Source: Nitriliruptorales bacterium
GTDB taxonomy: Bacteria > Actinomycetota > Nitriliruptoria > Euzebyales > JAHELV01
Direction: 5' to 3'
NCBI GenBank assembly: GCA_024644015.1
Contig: JAHELV010000005.1
Location: 13,297 to 77,296, forward strand
DNA length: 64,000 nucleotides
The notes under the pieces were generated by a model that did no database searches, was not told the origin of the DNA, and worked only from the letters and a program-made list of their open reading frames with translations. The position numbers were made by a program, and so were the translations under genes. Below, piece by piece: positions 19,213-28,403 of the stretch. Position 1 is the first letter of the stretch, and each line of letters opens with the position of its first letter.

Positions 19213-19380
19213 GGCAATGGCCGTGCGGACGTCACCGGCCGTTCACCACCCGGCCATCGGCCGTGCGCGCGCCGAGCCTACCTTGAGTGCGGTAGCACGG
19301 TTCGGTGGCGACCGCGGCGCAACGCGACCGGCCCCCGCACGGCTCGTGTCAACGGGAGCAGTGGTGCACATGGATGCAGC

Positions 19381-20331
19381 GTGACCAGTGACGTTCGTGG
19401 GGCCGGCGGTCCCGCCGTCGACCTGCGGGCCGGTAGCCGCCGCCTTGGCGAGAAGCTCGTGCTCACGCTCCTGTGGGTCTGCGCGGCGGCGTCGATCCTC
19501 ACGACCGTCGGCATCGTGGTCATCCTGTTCAGCGAGGCAGCGGGCTTCTTCCGCGAGGAGGCGGTGTCGCTTCGCGGGTTTCTCACCGGAACGACCTGGC
19601 AGCCGTTCGGCGGCGCGCAGGGCAAGTTCGGGGTCCTGCCGCTGGTCGCCGGCACGCTGCTGGTCACCGTCATCGCGCTGCTGGTCGCCGTGCCACTCGG
19701 CCTGACCAGTGCCGCCTACCTGTCCGAGTACGCGTCGCCGCGGACACGCAGGATCCTCAAGCCGGTCCTCGAGGTACTGGCAGGCGTTCCGACGGTCGTA
19801 CTCGGCTACTTCGCCCTGACGTTCATGACCCCGCTGCTGCGGGCGACGGTGGGGCAGCTGACCACGATCTCGGTATTCAACGCGGCGTCCGCCGGCATCG
19901 TCATGGGCATCATGATCGTCCCGACCGTCGCATCGCTGTCAGAGGACGCGATGTCGGCGGTGCCCCAGGCGCTGCGTGAGGGCGCGTACGGGTTGGGCGC
20001 GACGAAGCGCCACGTCGTGCACAGCGTCGTGATGCCCGCGGCGCTGTCGGGCATCGTCGCGGCGATCATCCTCGCGCTCGGCCGGGCGATCGGCGAGACG
20101 ATGATCGTCGCCCTGGCCGCCGGAAACCTGCCCAACCTCACATACAACCCGTTCGAGCAGATCCAGACGATGACGGCCTACATCGTGCAGGCCGTGCAGG
20201 GTGAGGCGCCGCGCGGATCGCTGACCTACGAGTCGATCTTCGCGGTGGGGGCCCTGCTGTTCGTGATCACGCTGCTGATCAACATCGCCGCCGCGCGCTT
20301 CGTGCGCCGATTCCGCGAGGTGTACTCATGA
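19381..20331 (+). CDS. pstC: phosphate ABC transporter permease PstC
   Basis: 316 aa and multi-TM, with the EAA-type loop SEDAMSAVPQALREGAYGLGATKRH. It follows pstS. Confidence 0.92.
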   Translation: MTSDVRGAGGPAVDLRAGSRRLGEKLVLTLLWVCAAASILTTVGIVVILFSEAAGFFREEAVSLRGFLTGTTWQPFGGAQGKFGVLPLVAGTLLVTVIALLVAVPLGLTSAAYLSEYASPRTRRILKPVLEVLAGVPTVVLGYFALTFMTPLLRATVGQLTTISVFNAASAGIVMGIMIVPTVASLSEDAMSAVPQALREGAYGLGATKRHVVHSVVMPAALSGIVAAIILALGRAIGETMIVALAAGNLPNLTYNPFEQIQTMTAYIVQAVQGEAPRGSLTYESIFAVGALLFVITLLINIAAARFVRRFREVYS

Positions 20332-20359
20332 CGTTCACCACGCCTGCCCAGGAGCCGTC

Positions 20360-21268
20360 ATGGCGGTGAGCACGCCCGAGCGGATCTCCCGCGACGCGGT
20401 GCAGGCCCTTCAGGCTCCGCCCGGGCGCAATCGCAGTGAGCGCGCGTTCAAGATGGTGCTCCTCGTGACAACTGGCATCGCCGTCGTCATGCTGGTGGTG
20501 CTGCTGCTCGACATCCTCGTCGACGGCGTCGCGTTCGTGACCGGTCAGCGGTTGCTGCAGTACTCATCGCGGTTCCCAGATCAGTTCGGGTTCCGGTCAG
20601 GCATAACCGGAACGCTGTCGCTCATGGTGCTCGTCGCTCTGCTGTCCTTCCCGATCGGGGTCGGAGCAGCGACCTACTTCGAGGAGTTCGCGCCACAGAA
20701 CTGGTTCACGCGGCTCGCCGAGGCGAACATCTCGAACCTCGCCGGCGTGCCATCCGTCGTCTACGGCCTGCTCGGCGCTGGGGTGTTCGTCTACTTCTTC
20801 AGCCTCGGTCGCTCGTTGATCGTGGGCGCGATCACGCTGTCGCTGCTGATCCTGCCGGTGATCATCGTGGCCTCGCGGGAGTCCTTGCGGGCCGTGCCGC
20901 GCACGCTGCGTGAGGCCGGCCTCGGCCTGGGAGCCACACCGCTGCAGGTCACCTGGCGGCAGGTGCTCCCACAGGCGCTGCCGGGGATCCTGACGGGCAC
21001 GATCCTCGCGCTGTCCCGCGCGATCGGCGAAACCGCGCCGATCCTGGTCGTGGGCGCGCTGTTCTCCCGGCGCGCCGACAACGTGCCATGGGACATCAAC
21101 GACGCGTTCTCGGCGCTGCCCATCCAGATCTACAACCTGGTGTCACGCCCGCAGCAGGAGTTCCAGGCGCAGGTCGCACCCGCAGGGATCATCATCCTGC
21201 TGGTCCTGCTGCTGCTGATGAACTCGATCGCCATCATCCTGCGCAACCGGAGCTCGAGGAGCAACTAG
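20360..21268 (+). CDS. pstA: phosphate ABC transporter permease PstA
   Basis: 302 aa and multi-TM, with the loop SRESLRAVPRTLREAGLGLGATPLQ. Confidence 0.92.
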   Translation: MAVSTPERISRDAVQALQAPPGRNRSERAFKMVLLVTTGIAVVMLVVLLLDILVDGVAFVTGQRLLQYSSRFPDQFGFRSGITGTLSLMVLVALLSFPIGVGAATYFEEFAPQNWFTRLAEANISNLAGVPSVVYGLLGAGVFVYFFSLGRSLIVGAITLSLLILPVIIVASRESLRAVPRTLREAGLGLGATPLQVTWRQVLPQALPGILTGTILALSRAIGETAPILVVGALFSRRADNVPWDINDAFSALPIQIYNLVSRPQQEFQAQVAPAGIIILLVLLLLMNSIAIILRNRSSRSN

Positions 21269-22204
21269 ATGGACCAGCAGCACGAGCAGGCTCGGGTCGA
21301 CGGTCACGCCCGGACGCCGGTCGCGACGATAGCGGACGAACACCGGCGCAACGGCGCGCGGCTCGACAGCGACCTGGCCCGCCAGGCCGCCGCCGGACGA
21401 ACGGTTCGCGATGACGCCGCCGTCGTGTTCGACCTCGACGACGTGACCGTGAGCTACGCGGGCTTCCCGGCCATCCGCAACGTCAGCATGCAGGTGCGTG
21501 AGCGTATGATCACCGCGCTCATCGGCCCGTCCGGCTGTGGCAAGACGACGCTGCTGCGCACGCTGAACCGTATGAACGACCTGATCCCGAGCGCGTCCGT
21601 CGAGGGGACCGTCCGCTACAAGGGTGCCGACCTGTACGCCAGGCACGTCGACCCCGTGGAGGTGCGGCGCCGGATCGGCATGGTGTTCCAGAAGGCCAAC
21701 CCCTTCCCCAAGTCGATCCGCGACAACATCCTGTTCGGACCGAAGGCCACAGGCATGACCTTCGATGCCGATGACCTGGTCGAGAAGTCGCTGCGCGGCG
21801 CCGCGCTGTGGGACGAGGTCAAGGACAAGCTCGACTCGAGTGCGCTCGGTCTGTCGGGTGGCCAGCAACAGCGACTGTGCATCGCCCGGGCCATCGCTGT
21901 CGAACCCGACACGATCCTGATGGACGAGCCGTGCTCCGCGCTCGACCCGATCGCCACCGGTGCGATCGAGAACCTGATGCGTGAGCTGCGGGAGCACTAC
22001 ACGATCATCATCGTGACGCACAACATGCAGCAAGCGGCGCGCGCATCCGACATGACCGCGTTCGTCACGACCGAGGTGAGCCACGACGAGGACGGCCGGG
22101 ACCGGCGCTCGGGACGGCTGATCGAGTACGACCGCACGGAGGTCATCTTCGGCGACCCCCGCGACACGCGGACCGAGGACTACGTCAGCGGGCGGTTCGG
22201 CTGA
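21269..22204 (+). CDS. pstB: phosphate ABC transporter ATP-binding protein PstB
   Basis: Walker [10 protein letters not shown], signature [14 protein letters not shown], Walker [12 protein letters not shown], and C-terminal [10 protein letters not shown]. The ATG directly abuts the pstA stop. The N-terminal ~50 aa are longer than usual. Confidence 0.93.
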   Translation: MDQQHEQARVDGHARTPVATIADEHRRNGARLDSDLARQAAAGRTVRDDAAVVFDLDDVTVSYAGFPAIRNVSMQVRERMITALIGPSGCGKTTLLRTLNRMNDLIPSASVEGTVRYKGADLYARHVDPVEVRRRIGMVFQKANPFPKSIRDNILFGPKATGMTFDADDLVEKSLRGAALWDEVKDKLDSSALGLSGGQQQRLCIARAIAVEPDTILMDEPCSALDPIATGAIENLMRELREHYTIIIVTHNMQQAARASDMTAFVTTEVSHDEDGRDRRSGRLIEYDRTEVIFGDPRDTRTEDYVSGRFG

Positions 22205-22229
22205 GCCACCCCATACGCGCCGCCGCCGG

Positions 22230-22919
22230 TCAGCCGGTCGCCCGAGCCAGCGTCGCCGCCGGCAGCTCGAGGTCGGTGATCAGACCGCGCTGCACGGCCG
22301 GGTCGCCGACCACCTGCTCGTAGACCACTTCGATCGGCCGGACCCCGATCGCCTCGAACCACTGGGCCCACGCGGCATCGGTCGCGTCGAGCAACGCTCC
22401 GATCCGGTCTGCCTCGGCAGGCGACGGAGTTGACACGCCCCCGCCCGGCCGTTGCGGCGAGCGTGGTCGCTGCAGCCAGCCGTGCAGTGCGCGCACGTGC
22501 GGTGCCCGGTCGGTGCGCTGCAACCGCACGAACGTCGGTTCGGGGGCGATCGCCTGCACGATCTCGAGCAGACGGCCCGGAGTCGACTGTCGCGGTCCGG
22601 CGACCTGACGGTGCAGCCGACGCAGCTCGTGCCAGTGCAGCACGAGCCCGAAGACACCGTTCGCGGTCGTGCAGTGGCGGTGCAGGGCGGTGATGTACTC
22701 GTCGAGGTTCGCGATCTCCCACCGTGCGAGCAACGGGCGTGCGACCGCCTCGGTGTCGAAGTACGCGCGCGGGATACCCGCGCCGTTGCTGCGCAGCAGG
22801 TCGGCGACGGCGTCCTCGCCCGCACCCGGCACCGCGCACAGCACGATGCTGCGGACCGGTCGTTCGGTCGCGTCGAACTGGTCGTCGGGCTCTGCGGCCC
22901 GTGCCGGTGAGATGCTCAC
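22230..22919 (-). CDS. Stf0-like sulfotransferase family protein (cofactor loop degenerate)
   Basis: Recalled similarity to the trehalose 2-sulfotransferase Stf0 architecture: IVLCAVPGAGEDAVADLL..G..PRAYF, then TANGVFGLVLHW, then WAQWFEAIGVRPIEVVYEQV. The start is placed at GTG 22919. The longer track ORF would run into the divergent regulator gene. Confidence 0.6.
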   Translation of the reverse strand: MSISPARAAEPDDQFDATERPVRSIVLCAVPGAGEDAVADLLRSNGAGIPRAYFDTEAVARPLLARWEIANLDEYITALHRHCTTANGVFGLVLHWHELRRLHRQVAGPRQSTPGRLLEIVQAIAPEPTFVRLQRTDRAPHVRALHGWLQRPRSPQRPGGGVSTPSPAEADRIGALLDATDAAWAQWFEAIGVRPIEVVYEQVVGDPAVQRGLITDLELPAATLARATG

Positions 22920-23023
22920 ACCGGGTCCTGTCGGCGAAGCGTCCTCGGCGTCAACCAGTCGCTTGGAGGTATCGTCTGGGCAGTGCCCACGTGAACGGGT
23001 GGGTAACGACGGAGGAACTCGCG

Positions 23024-23782
23024 ATGAAATCCGAGGATGCGAAGCGGCTGCGTCCTCGCCGCGCGCCGGGCCGTCCCTACACTGATTCACGGATGCCGAA
23101 GCTGCTCATCGTCGAGGACGAGCCTTCGCTGGTCGAAGCGCTCGAGTTCGCGCTGGCCGAGGAGGGCTTCAACGTGGTGTCGGCCAGCGACGGGGAGACG
23201 TCGCTCGCGCTCTTCGACCGTGAGCGTCCCGACCTGGTGCTGCTCGACCTGATGCTGCCCAGCGTGTCGGGCACCGAGGTCTGCAAGCGCATCCGTGCGA
23301 AGAGCACGACACCGATCATCATGCTGACCGCGCGGGACAGCGAGATCGACAAGGTCGTGGGACTCGAGGTCGGCGCCGACGACTACGTCACCAAGCCGTT
23401 CTCGATGCGTGAGCTGGTGGCCCGCGTCAAAGCCGTGCTGCGCAGGGCAGGTGAGCTGGTGGTGGAGCCGAACGGCGCGGGTCCCATGGAGATCGCCGGT
23501 ATCCGGGTCGATCGTGAGCGGTACCAGGTATCGGTGCGCGGCGAGGACGTGCAGGTGCCCCCCAAGGAGTTCGCGCTGCTCGAGTTGCTGGTGCGCAACG
23601 CCGGCCGGGTGCTCACCCGCGAGGTCCTGATCGATCGCATCTGGGGTGCCGACTACGTTGGTGACACCAAGACGCTCGACGTGCACATCAAGCGGCTGCG
23701 CGGCAAGGTCGAGCAGGATCCGCACGATCCGCGGCTCATCTACACTGTGCGTGGTGTGGGCTACAAGTTTCAGGACGGCTGA
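23024..23782 (+). CDS. OmpR/PhoB-family response regulator (PhoP/RegX3-like)
   Basis: Receiver domain KLLIVEDEPSLVEAL...DLVLLDLMLP...MLTARD, then winged helix LTREVLIDRIWG...LDVHIKRLRGK...TVRGVGYKF. GGAGGA lies 7 nt upstream of ATG 23024. The alternative canonical start MPKLLIVEDE is at ATG 23093. Confidence 0.9.
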   Translation: MKSEDAKRLRPRRAPGRPYTDSRMPKLLIVEDEPSLVEALEFALAEEGFNVVSASDGETSLALFDRERPDLVLLDLMLPSVSGTEVCKRIRAKSTTPIIMLTARDSEIDKVVGLEVGADDYVTKPFSMRELVARVKAVLRRAGELVVEPNGAGPMEIAGIRVDRERYQVSVRGEDVQVPPKEFALLELLVRNAGRVLTREVLIDRIWGADYVGDTKTLDVHIKRLRGKVEQDPHDPRLIYTVRGVGYKFQDG

Positions 23783-23857
23783 GCAGGTCGGCGCGCCTCC
23801 TCTGTCGCTGCCGGTGACCGGCGCGCACACACCCGCCGAACGGCTTGGGCGCCGTTG

Positions 23858-25210
23858 ATGCGTCGGCTGCTCCAGTTCGCCGACCGGTCGGACCTGGGCC
23901 TGCTGTTCGTCATCGGCTTGCCCGTACTGACGGTCACCGCCGCGCTCGCAGGGGCTCTGCTGGGAGCCGTCGTACCGGCGATGGTCATCGCAGTCCTCAT
24001 CGGGATTGCCGGCGCGTGGCTGGTCTCGTCTGTCTTCGCGGCACGGATACGTGCGCTTGCGTTACGCATCCACGAAGCCGCCGGTCACAGGCCCGACCCG
24101 CGCGGCATCTTCGAGGGACGCCGCGAGTGGCGCGAGCTGGCGGACGCCATCGATGACGTCGTTGACTCGTTGGATGCGCAGGCCGGCCAACTGGCCGACG
24201 AGCGCGTCCGCAGCACGCGGTTGCTCGAGGAGCTGCCGTCGGCGGTGCTGCTGTTCGGGGGCGAGGACATCGTGTACGCGAACGAGGCTGCCAGGGTCAT
24301 GTTCGGCGGGTCGGCGCAGGCCCCCGGCACCCCACCGGTCGAGATCTTCGTCGACCCGACGTGCAAGGCGCTGCTCGACGCGGTCGAGGAGACGACTGAG
24401 GTGGGTCGCGCGATCGATGTCGAGATCGAGCGCGGCGGCGCGATCCTCGCCGCCCGCGCGTCGACTGTCGGCTCCGGTGAAGCGGTGCTGGTCATCCGCG
24501 ACGTGACCGGAGCCCGGCGGTTGGCGGCCGTCCGCCGGGACTTCGTCATCAACGCGTCACATGAGCTCAAGACCCCGGTGGCGGGTATCCAGGCGCTCGC
24601 GGAGTCGCTGGCGCTGGCATTGCGACACGACCCGCCGCGGGCCGCACGCATGGTGGCGCGAATCGAGCAGGAGGCCGGGCGCCTGGCTCGGCTGGTTCGG
24701 GACCTGCTCGACCTCGCGCGGCTCGAGGAGCCCGACGCCCCCGACGAACGGCGCAGGGTGGACCTCGTGGACGTCGTCCACGCGCAGATCGAGCGGCTGC
24801 ATTCAGCCGCGCTCGACCAGAACATCACCATTGCGACCGACCTGCCCGAGCGCAGCGTCGTCGTGGCGGTACCCGAGGACGTCCGGTCCATCGTGGCGAA
24901 CCTGCTCGAGAACGCCGTGCGCTACAACCGCCCGGGCGGCACCGTCGCGGTGCGACTCTCCGGCGTCGCCGGGCGGGTCGAGCTGGAGGTCGCCGACACC
25001 GGCGAGGGCATCCCACCGCACGAACGGGACCGGATCTTCGAGCGCTTCTACCGCATCGACAAGGCGCGCAGCCGCGCGGCCGGCGGCACCGGGCTGGGGT
25101 TGTCGCTCGCGCGTCACGCGAGCGAGCGGCTTGGCGGGACGATCACGCTCGACAGCGAGCTCGGCGTGGGCTCGACGTTTCGGGTCGTCCTGCCGGTCGC
25201 CCGCGACTGA
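23858..25210 (+). CDS. sensor histidine kinase (PhoR/SenX3-like; 2 TM, PAS-like region, HisKA, HATPase_c)
   Basis: Two N-terminal TM helices. H-box FVINASHELKTPVAGI, N-box LLENAVRYN, G-boxes DTGEGI and GGTGLGLS. It follows the response regulator. ATG 23858 is preferred over TTG 23855. Confidence 0.88.
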   Translation: MRRLLQFADRSDLGLLFVIGLPVLTVTAALAGALLGAVVPAMVIAVLIGIAGAWLVSSVFAARIRALALRIHEAAGHRPDPRGIFEGRREWRELADAIDDVVDSLDAQAGQLADERVRSTRLLEELPSAVLLFGGEDIVYANEAARVMFGGSAQAPGTPPVEIFVDPTCKALLDAVEETTEVGRAIDVEIERGGAILAARASTVGSGEAVLVIRDVTGARRLAAVRRDFVINASHELKTPVAGIQALAESLALALRHDPPRAARMVARIEQEAGRLARLVRDLLDLARLEEPDAPDERRRVDLVDVVHAQIERLHSAALDQNITIATDLPERSVVVAVPEDVRSIVANLLENAVRYNRPGGTVAVRLSGVAGRVELEVADTGEGIPPHERDRIFERFYRIDKARSRAAGGTGLGLSLARHASERLGGTITLDSELGVGSTFRVVLPVARD

Positions 25211-25242
25211 ACGCCCGGGTCCGGGCGTAGACTGCCCGGACC

Positions 25243-25965
25243 ATGCTGATCCCCGACGGTGTGCACCGCGACAGTGGCAAGACCAAGCGCGCCCCGGCGG
25301 TCATGGCGACGCTGCTCGACGTGTACGACGGCGGCGTCGTCGAGCTCGACTGGACGACCCCCTTCGAACTGCTGATCGCCACCATCCTGTCCGCGCAATC
25401 GACCGACAAGAAGGTCAACGAGATCACGGCGGAGCTCTTCGCGAAGTACCCGGAGCCGGCCGCCTATCTCGCCGTCGACGAGCGCGAACTCGAGGAGGAC
25501 ATCTACCAGACCGGCTTCTACCGGCAGAAGACACGGGCGATCCGTGGGGTGTGCGCCGCGCTGCTCGAGCGGTTCGGCGGCGAGGTGCCCGCAACGATGG
25601 CGGAGCTGATCACCCTTCCGGGCGTCGCCCGCAAGACGGCGAACGTCGTGCAGAGCGCAGCGTTCCCCACGACGCACGCCGACGATCCAGACGCCGGCGT
25701 CGCGGTCGACACCCACGTACGGCGGCTGTCGCGCCGGTTGCTGTTCACGCGCCAGGACGATCCCGTAAAGATCGAACGGGACCTGCAACGACTGCTGCCA
25801 CGCCGGCAATGGGGTCCGGCCAGCCTGTGCATCATCCTCCACGGCCGGCGGGTGTGCGACGCGCGCCGTCCCCGCTGTCGCGACTGCGTGATCGAGCCGT
25901 TGTGCCCCTCGTCACTGATCGCGGGTCGCCGGGACAAGGCCGGCCAGGCCGTGGGCCCCGGCTGA
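25243..25965 (+). CDS. nth: endonuclease III
   Basis: FELLIATILSAQSTDKKVN, HhH motif LPGVARKTANVV, catalytic D in VDTHVRR, and the 4Fe-4S cluster loop C..RRPRCRDCVIEPLC. Confidence 0.92.
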   Translation: MLIPDGVHRDSGKTKRAPAVMATLLDVYDGGVVELDWTTPFELLIATILSAQSTDKKVNEITAELFAKYPEPAAYLAVDERELEEDIYQTGFYRQKTRAIRGVCAALLERFGGEVPATMAELITLPGVARKTANVVQSAAFPTTHADDPDAGVAVDTHVRRLSRRLLFTRQDDPVKIERDLQRLLPRRQWGPASLCIILHGRRVCDARRPRCRDCVIEPLCPSSLIAGRRDKAGQAVGPG

Positions 25966-25970
25966 CCACC

Positions 25971-26702
25971 TCACCGCCGCCACGCGACCATCCGCTCGGC
26001 CGTGACCACGCCGACGGCGACAACCATTGCGAACAGTGCGACGATCTGCCGGTCGACCAGCGGGGGGTCGGGAAACGGCCGACCGCGAACTGCCACGTCG
26101 CCCGCGTCGGCGCGGATGACGGCGACTTCGCCGGACGGATCAACCCGGTGGAACACGCCGCGCACCTCGAGCACGTCGCCACGCGTCTGTGGCCCCCCGA
26201 TGTACGACACGTCCCCGGCGACCTGCGTCGGCAGCAGGACGCCGACGCCCGCGTTGCCGCCGCGGTAGTCGCGGTGCGCGGGCAGCGGACCGACACCCTC
26301 CGCGTAGACGTCGTCGTTGAGCTGCGTCCACACCCCCGAGCCGCGCGCCATGAGCGCTCCGACCACCTCGCCGCGATAGAGCACCTGCCGACCGTCGAAG
26401 GTCTGCGGGCAGTCGAACAGGTCGTTGCTGGTGACGCGGACGGGTTCCAGCGTGTTGCCGACCGAGTCGCGCGCCTGTCCCTCCCGCGGCTGCGGTTCCG
26501 GGCACAGCAGTTCGACCCGGGGGTCGCCACCTGCAAGTTCGGCCTCGGGCACCACGGTCGGCGACCCCGGGTGGCGCAGCAGCTCACCGGTTCCGACCAC
26601 GGAACCGAGCACCGTGATCAGCGCGAGGGCCGCCAACGCGATGTTCAGGCGGGGGATGGGCCGCCGCCGCAACGGGGTGCTCACCGGAGTGCCCGCCGAC
26701 AC
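25971..26702 (-). CDS. hypothetical bitopic membrane protein (TM at both ends, ~170-aa exported middle)
   Basis: 243 aa. N-terminal TM is LNIALAALALITVLGSVV and C-terminal TM is IVALFAMVVAVGVVTA. The central domain has two Cys (LLCPEP, FDCPQT). The gene starts 22 nt after the trkH stop on the same strand. I recognise no family. Confidence 0.55.
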   Translation of the reverse strand: MSAGTPVSTPLRRRPIPRLNIALAALALITVLGSVVGTGELLRHPGSPTVVPEAELAGGDPRVELLCPEPQPREGQARDSVGNTLEPVRVTSNDLFDCPQTFDGRQVLYRGEVVGALMARGSGVWTQLNDDVYAEGVGPLPAHRDYRGGNAGVGVLLPTQVAGDVSYIGGPQTRGDVLEVRGVFHRVDPSGEVAVIRADAGDVAVRGRPFPDPPLVDRQIVALFAMVVAVGVVTAERMVAWRR

Positions 26703-26724
26703 ATGGGGGCGTGCTGGACGGGTG

Positions 26725-28230
26725 TCATACCCGACCTCGGATGATTGCCAGCAGGTACCCGAACAGCGCGAACACGGCGATGAACTCGAGCCGGCCGATC
26801 ATCATCTGCGCGATGTAGACGACCTTCAGCGGCCACTCGAGCTCGGGTCGGACCAGCCCGACCGACAGCCCGCCCGACGACGCCGCAGCGACACTTTCGA
26901 ACAGCGACAGCTGCAGCTCGTAGCCGTAGAAGAGCCCGATCAGGCCACCGGTGAAGTAGAGCACCAGCCACAGCAGCAGGATCGTCGCGGCGGCCCTGAC
27001 CTGCGTGTCGGAAAGCGTCTTGCGTGTCGACGAGTGGAACGTCTCGACGACGATCGCGTCCTCGGGCAGCAGGACCTTGCGAACGTCGCGGATCACGCCC
27101 TTGAGGATCAACCCGATTCGCATCGCCTTGATGCCCCCGGCCGTCGACCCCGCCATCCCGCCCAACGCCATCGCTGTGACCAGGACCGCAGGCGCGAGCA
27201 CCCCCCAGTCGGTCACGTAGATGCGGCCGGGCACCGTCGCCAGCCCGGTTGTCGTGTGCGCGCTGATGAGCTGGAAGAAGCCCTGGCGCATCATGGTGTA
27301 GAAGGTGGTGAACGTTTCCGTGCGGCCGAGCCCGGCGGCCATGATGGTGAACATCACCAGTGTCGACGCGGCGATCGTGCGTGTCTCGATGTTGCGCACC
27401 AGCTCGGAGCGGCGGCCGAGCCACAGCTGATAGTGCAGCGCGAAGCTGAACGCGCCGGCGGTCATGATCGGCAGCAGCACGATCTCGACGACCACCGAGC
27501 GGTAGAACCCGACGCTGGACGACTGGGTCGCGAACCCTCCGGTGTCGAACGCGGCCATGAACAGGTTCGCCCCGTGGTACAGCGCCGTCGGTGCCGGCAG
27601 CCCCGCACCGACCAGCGCGAGCCACAGCAACGCCGTGCCGATGACGGCATACACGATCGCCACGCGCCAGATGAACCGTGACGTCCGGATCACGTTCGGC
27701 AGGATCTTCTCCTCACGTCCCTCGCCGGTGTACAGGTAGCCGATGCGACCGCCCGCACTCGCGAAGATCGTCAGGACGACCACGACGATGCCCTGCCCCC
27801 CGATGAACTGCATCAGGTGGCGCCACAGGTTGACGCTGCGGGCCATGTGATCCAGGTCGTTGGCCAGCGTCAGGCCGATGGTGGCAAAACCGCTCATCGA
27901 CTCGAAGTAGGCGTCCAGGTAGGAGGCATAGTGGCCGGACAGCAGCAGCGGCAGACCTGCGAAGACCGGCGCGAGCGTCCACGACAAGGCGACCGCCGCC
28001 AAGCCGTGACTGGTCGACAGTGGCTCGCGGGTGAACAGCAGCAGCTCGGTCGTGCGGCCGGCGGTGATGGCCAGGGCGGCACCCAACAGGAACGCCCACA
28101 GCTCGTTGCGCTCGCCGAGCGCGAGCGCCATCAACGCGGGCGCCAGCATCGCCAGGCCGACGCCGAACAGCACCTTCCCGGTGTAGAAGCCGATCAGGCT
28201 GAAGTCGCGGCGGTCGGGACGGAACAGCAT
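26725..28230 (-). CDS. trkH: TrkH family potassium uptake protein
   Basis: A polytopic membrane protein with repeated selectivity-like GxG loops (SGFATIGL, DTGGFATQ, HTTTGLAT, SSGGLSVG). The start is uncertain. ATG 28230 (MLFRPDRRDFSLIGFY) is preferred, with alternatives at 28275 and 28353. Confidence 0.88.
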   Translation of the reverse strand: MLFRPDRRDFSLIGFYTGKVLFGVGLAMLAPALMALALGERNELWAFLLGAALAITAGRTTELLLFTREPLSTSHGLAAVALSWTLAPVFAGLPLLLSGHYASYLDAYFESMSGFATIGLTLANDLDHMARSVNLWRHLMQFIGGQGIVVVVLTIFASAGGRIGYLYTGEGREEKILPNVIRTSRFIWRVAIVYAVIGTALLWLALVGAGLPAPTALYHGANLFMAAFDTGGFATQSSSVGFYRSVVVEIVLLPIMTAGAFSFALHYQLWLGRRSELVRNIETRTIAASTLVMFTIMAAGLGRTETFTTFYTMMRQGFFQLISAHTTTGLATVPGRIYVTDWGVLAPAVLVTAMALGGMAGSTAGGIKAMRIGLILKGVIRDVRKVLLPEDAIVVETFHSSTRKTLSDTQVRAAATILLLWLVLYFTGGLIGLFYGYELQLSLFESVAAASSGGLSVGLVRPELEWPLKVVYIAQMMIGRLEFIAVFALFGYLLAIIRGRV

Positions 28231-28403
28231 GCGGGTCAGTAGATCAGGCTGACGATCAGCGCGATCACGCTGCATGCCAGGCCGACGCCGAGCGTGGCCA
28301 ACGCCACCGACGCGATGCCCACGAGGCCGCCGGTGAACGGCGACCGCTCCCACCGGTGCCGGAGCTTCGAGAGTCGGCGGTACGGGCGACCCGACATCTA
28401 CGT

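Noticed and set aside
24561-26744. 727-aa plus-strand ORF spanning the kinase 3' end, nth and the antisense of the membrane-protein gene
   Set aside because: It is out of frame with, or antisense to, three well-supported genes. The sequence is Arg/Pro/Gly-rich low complexity.
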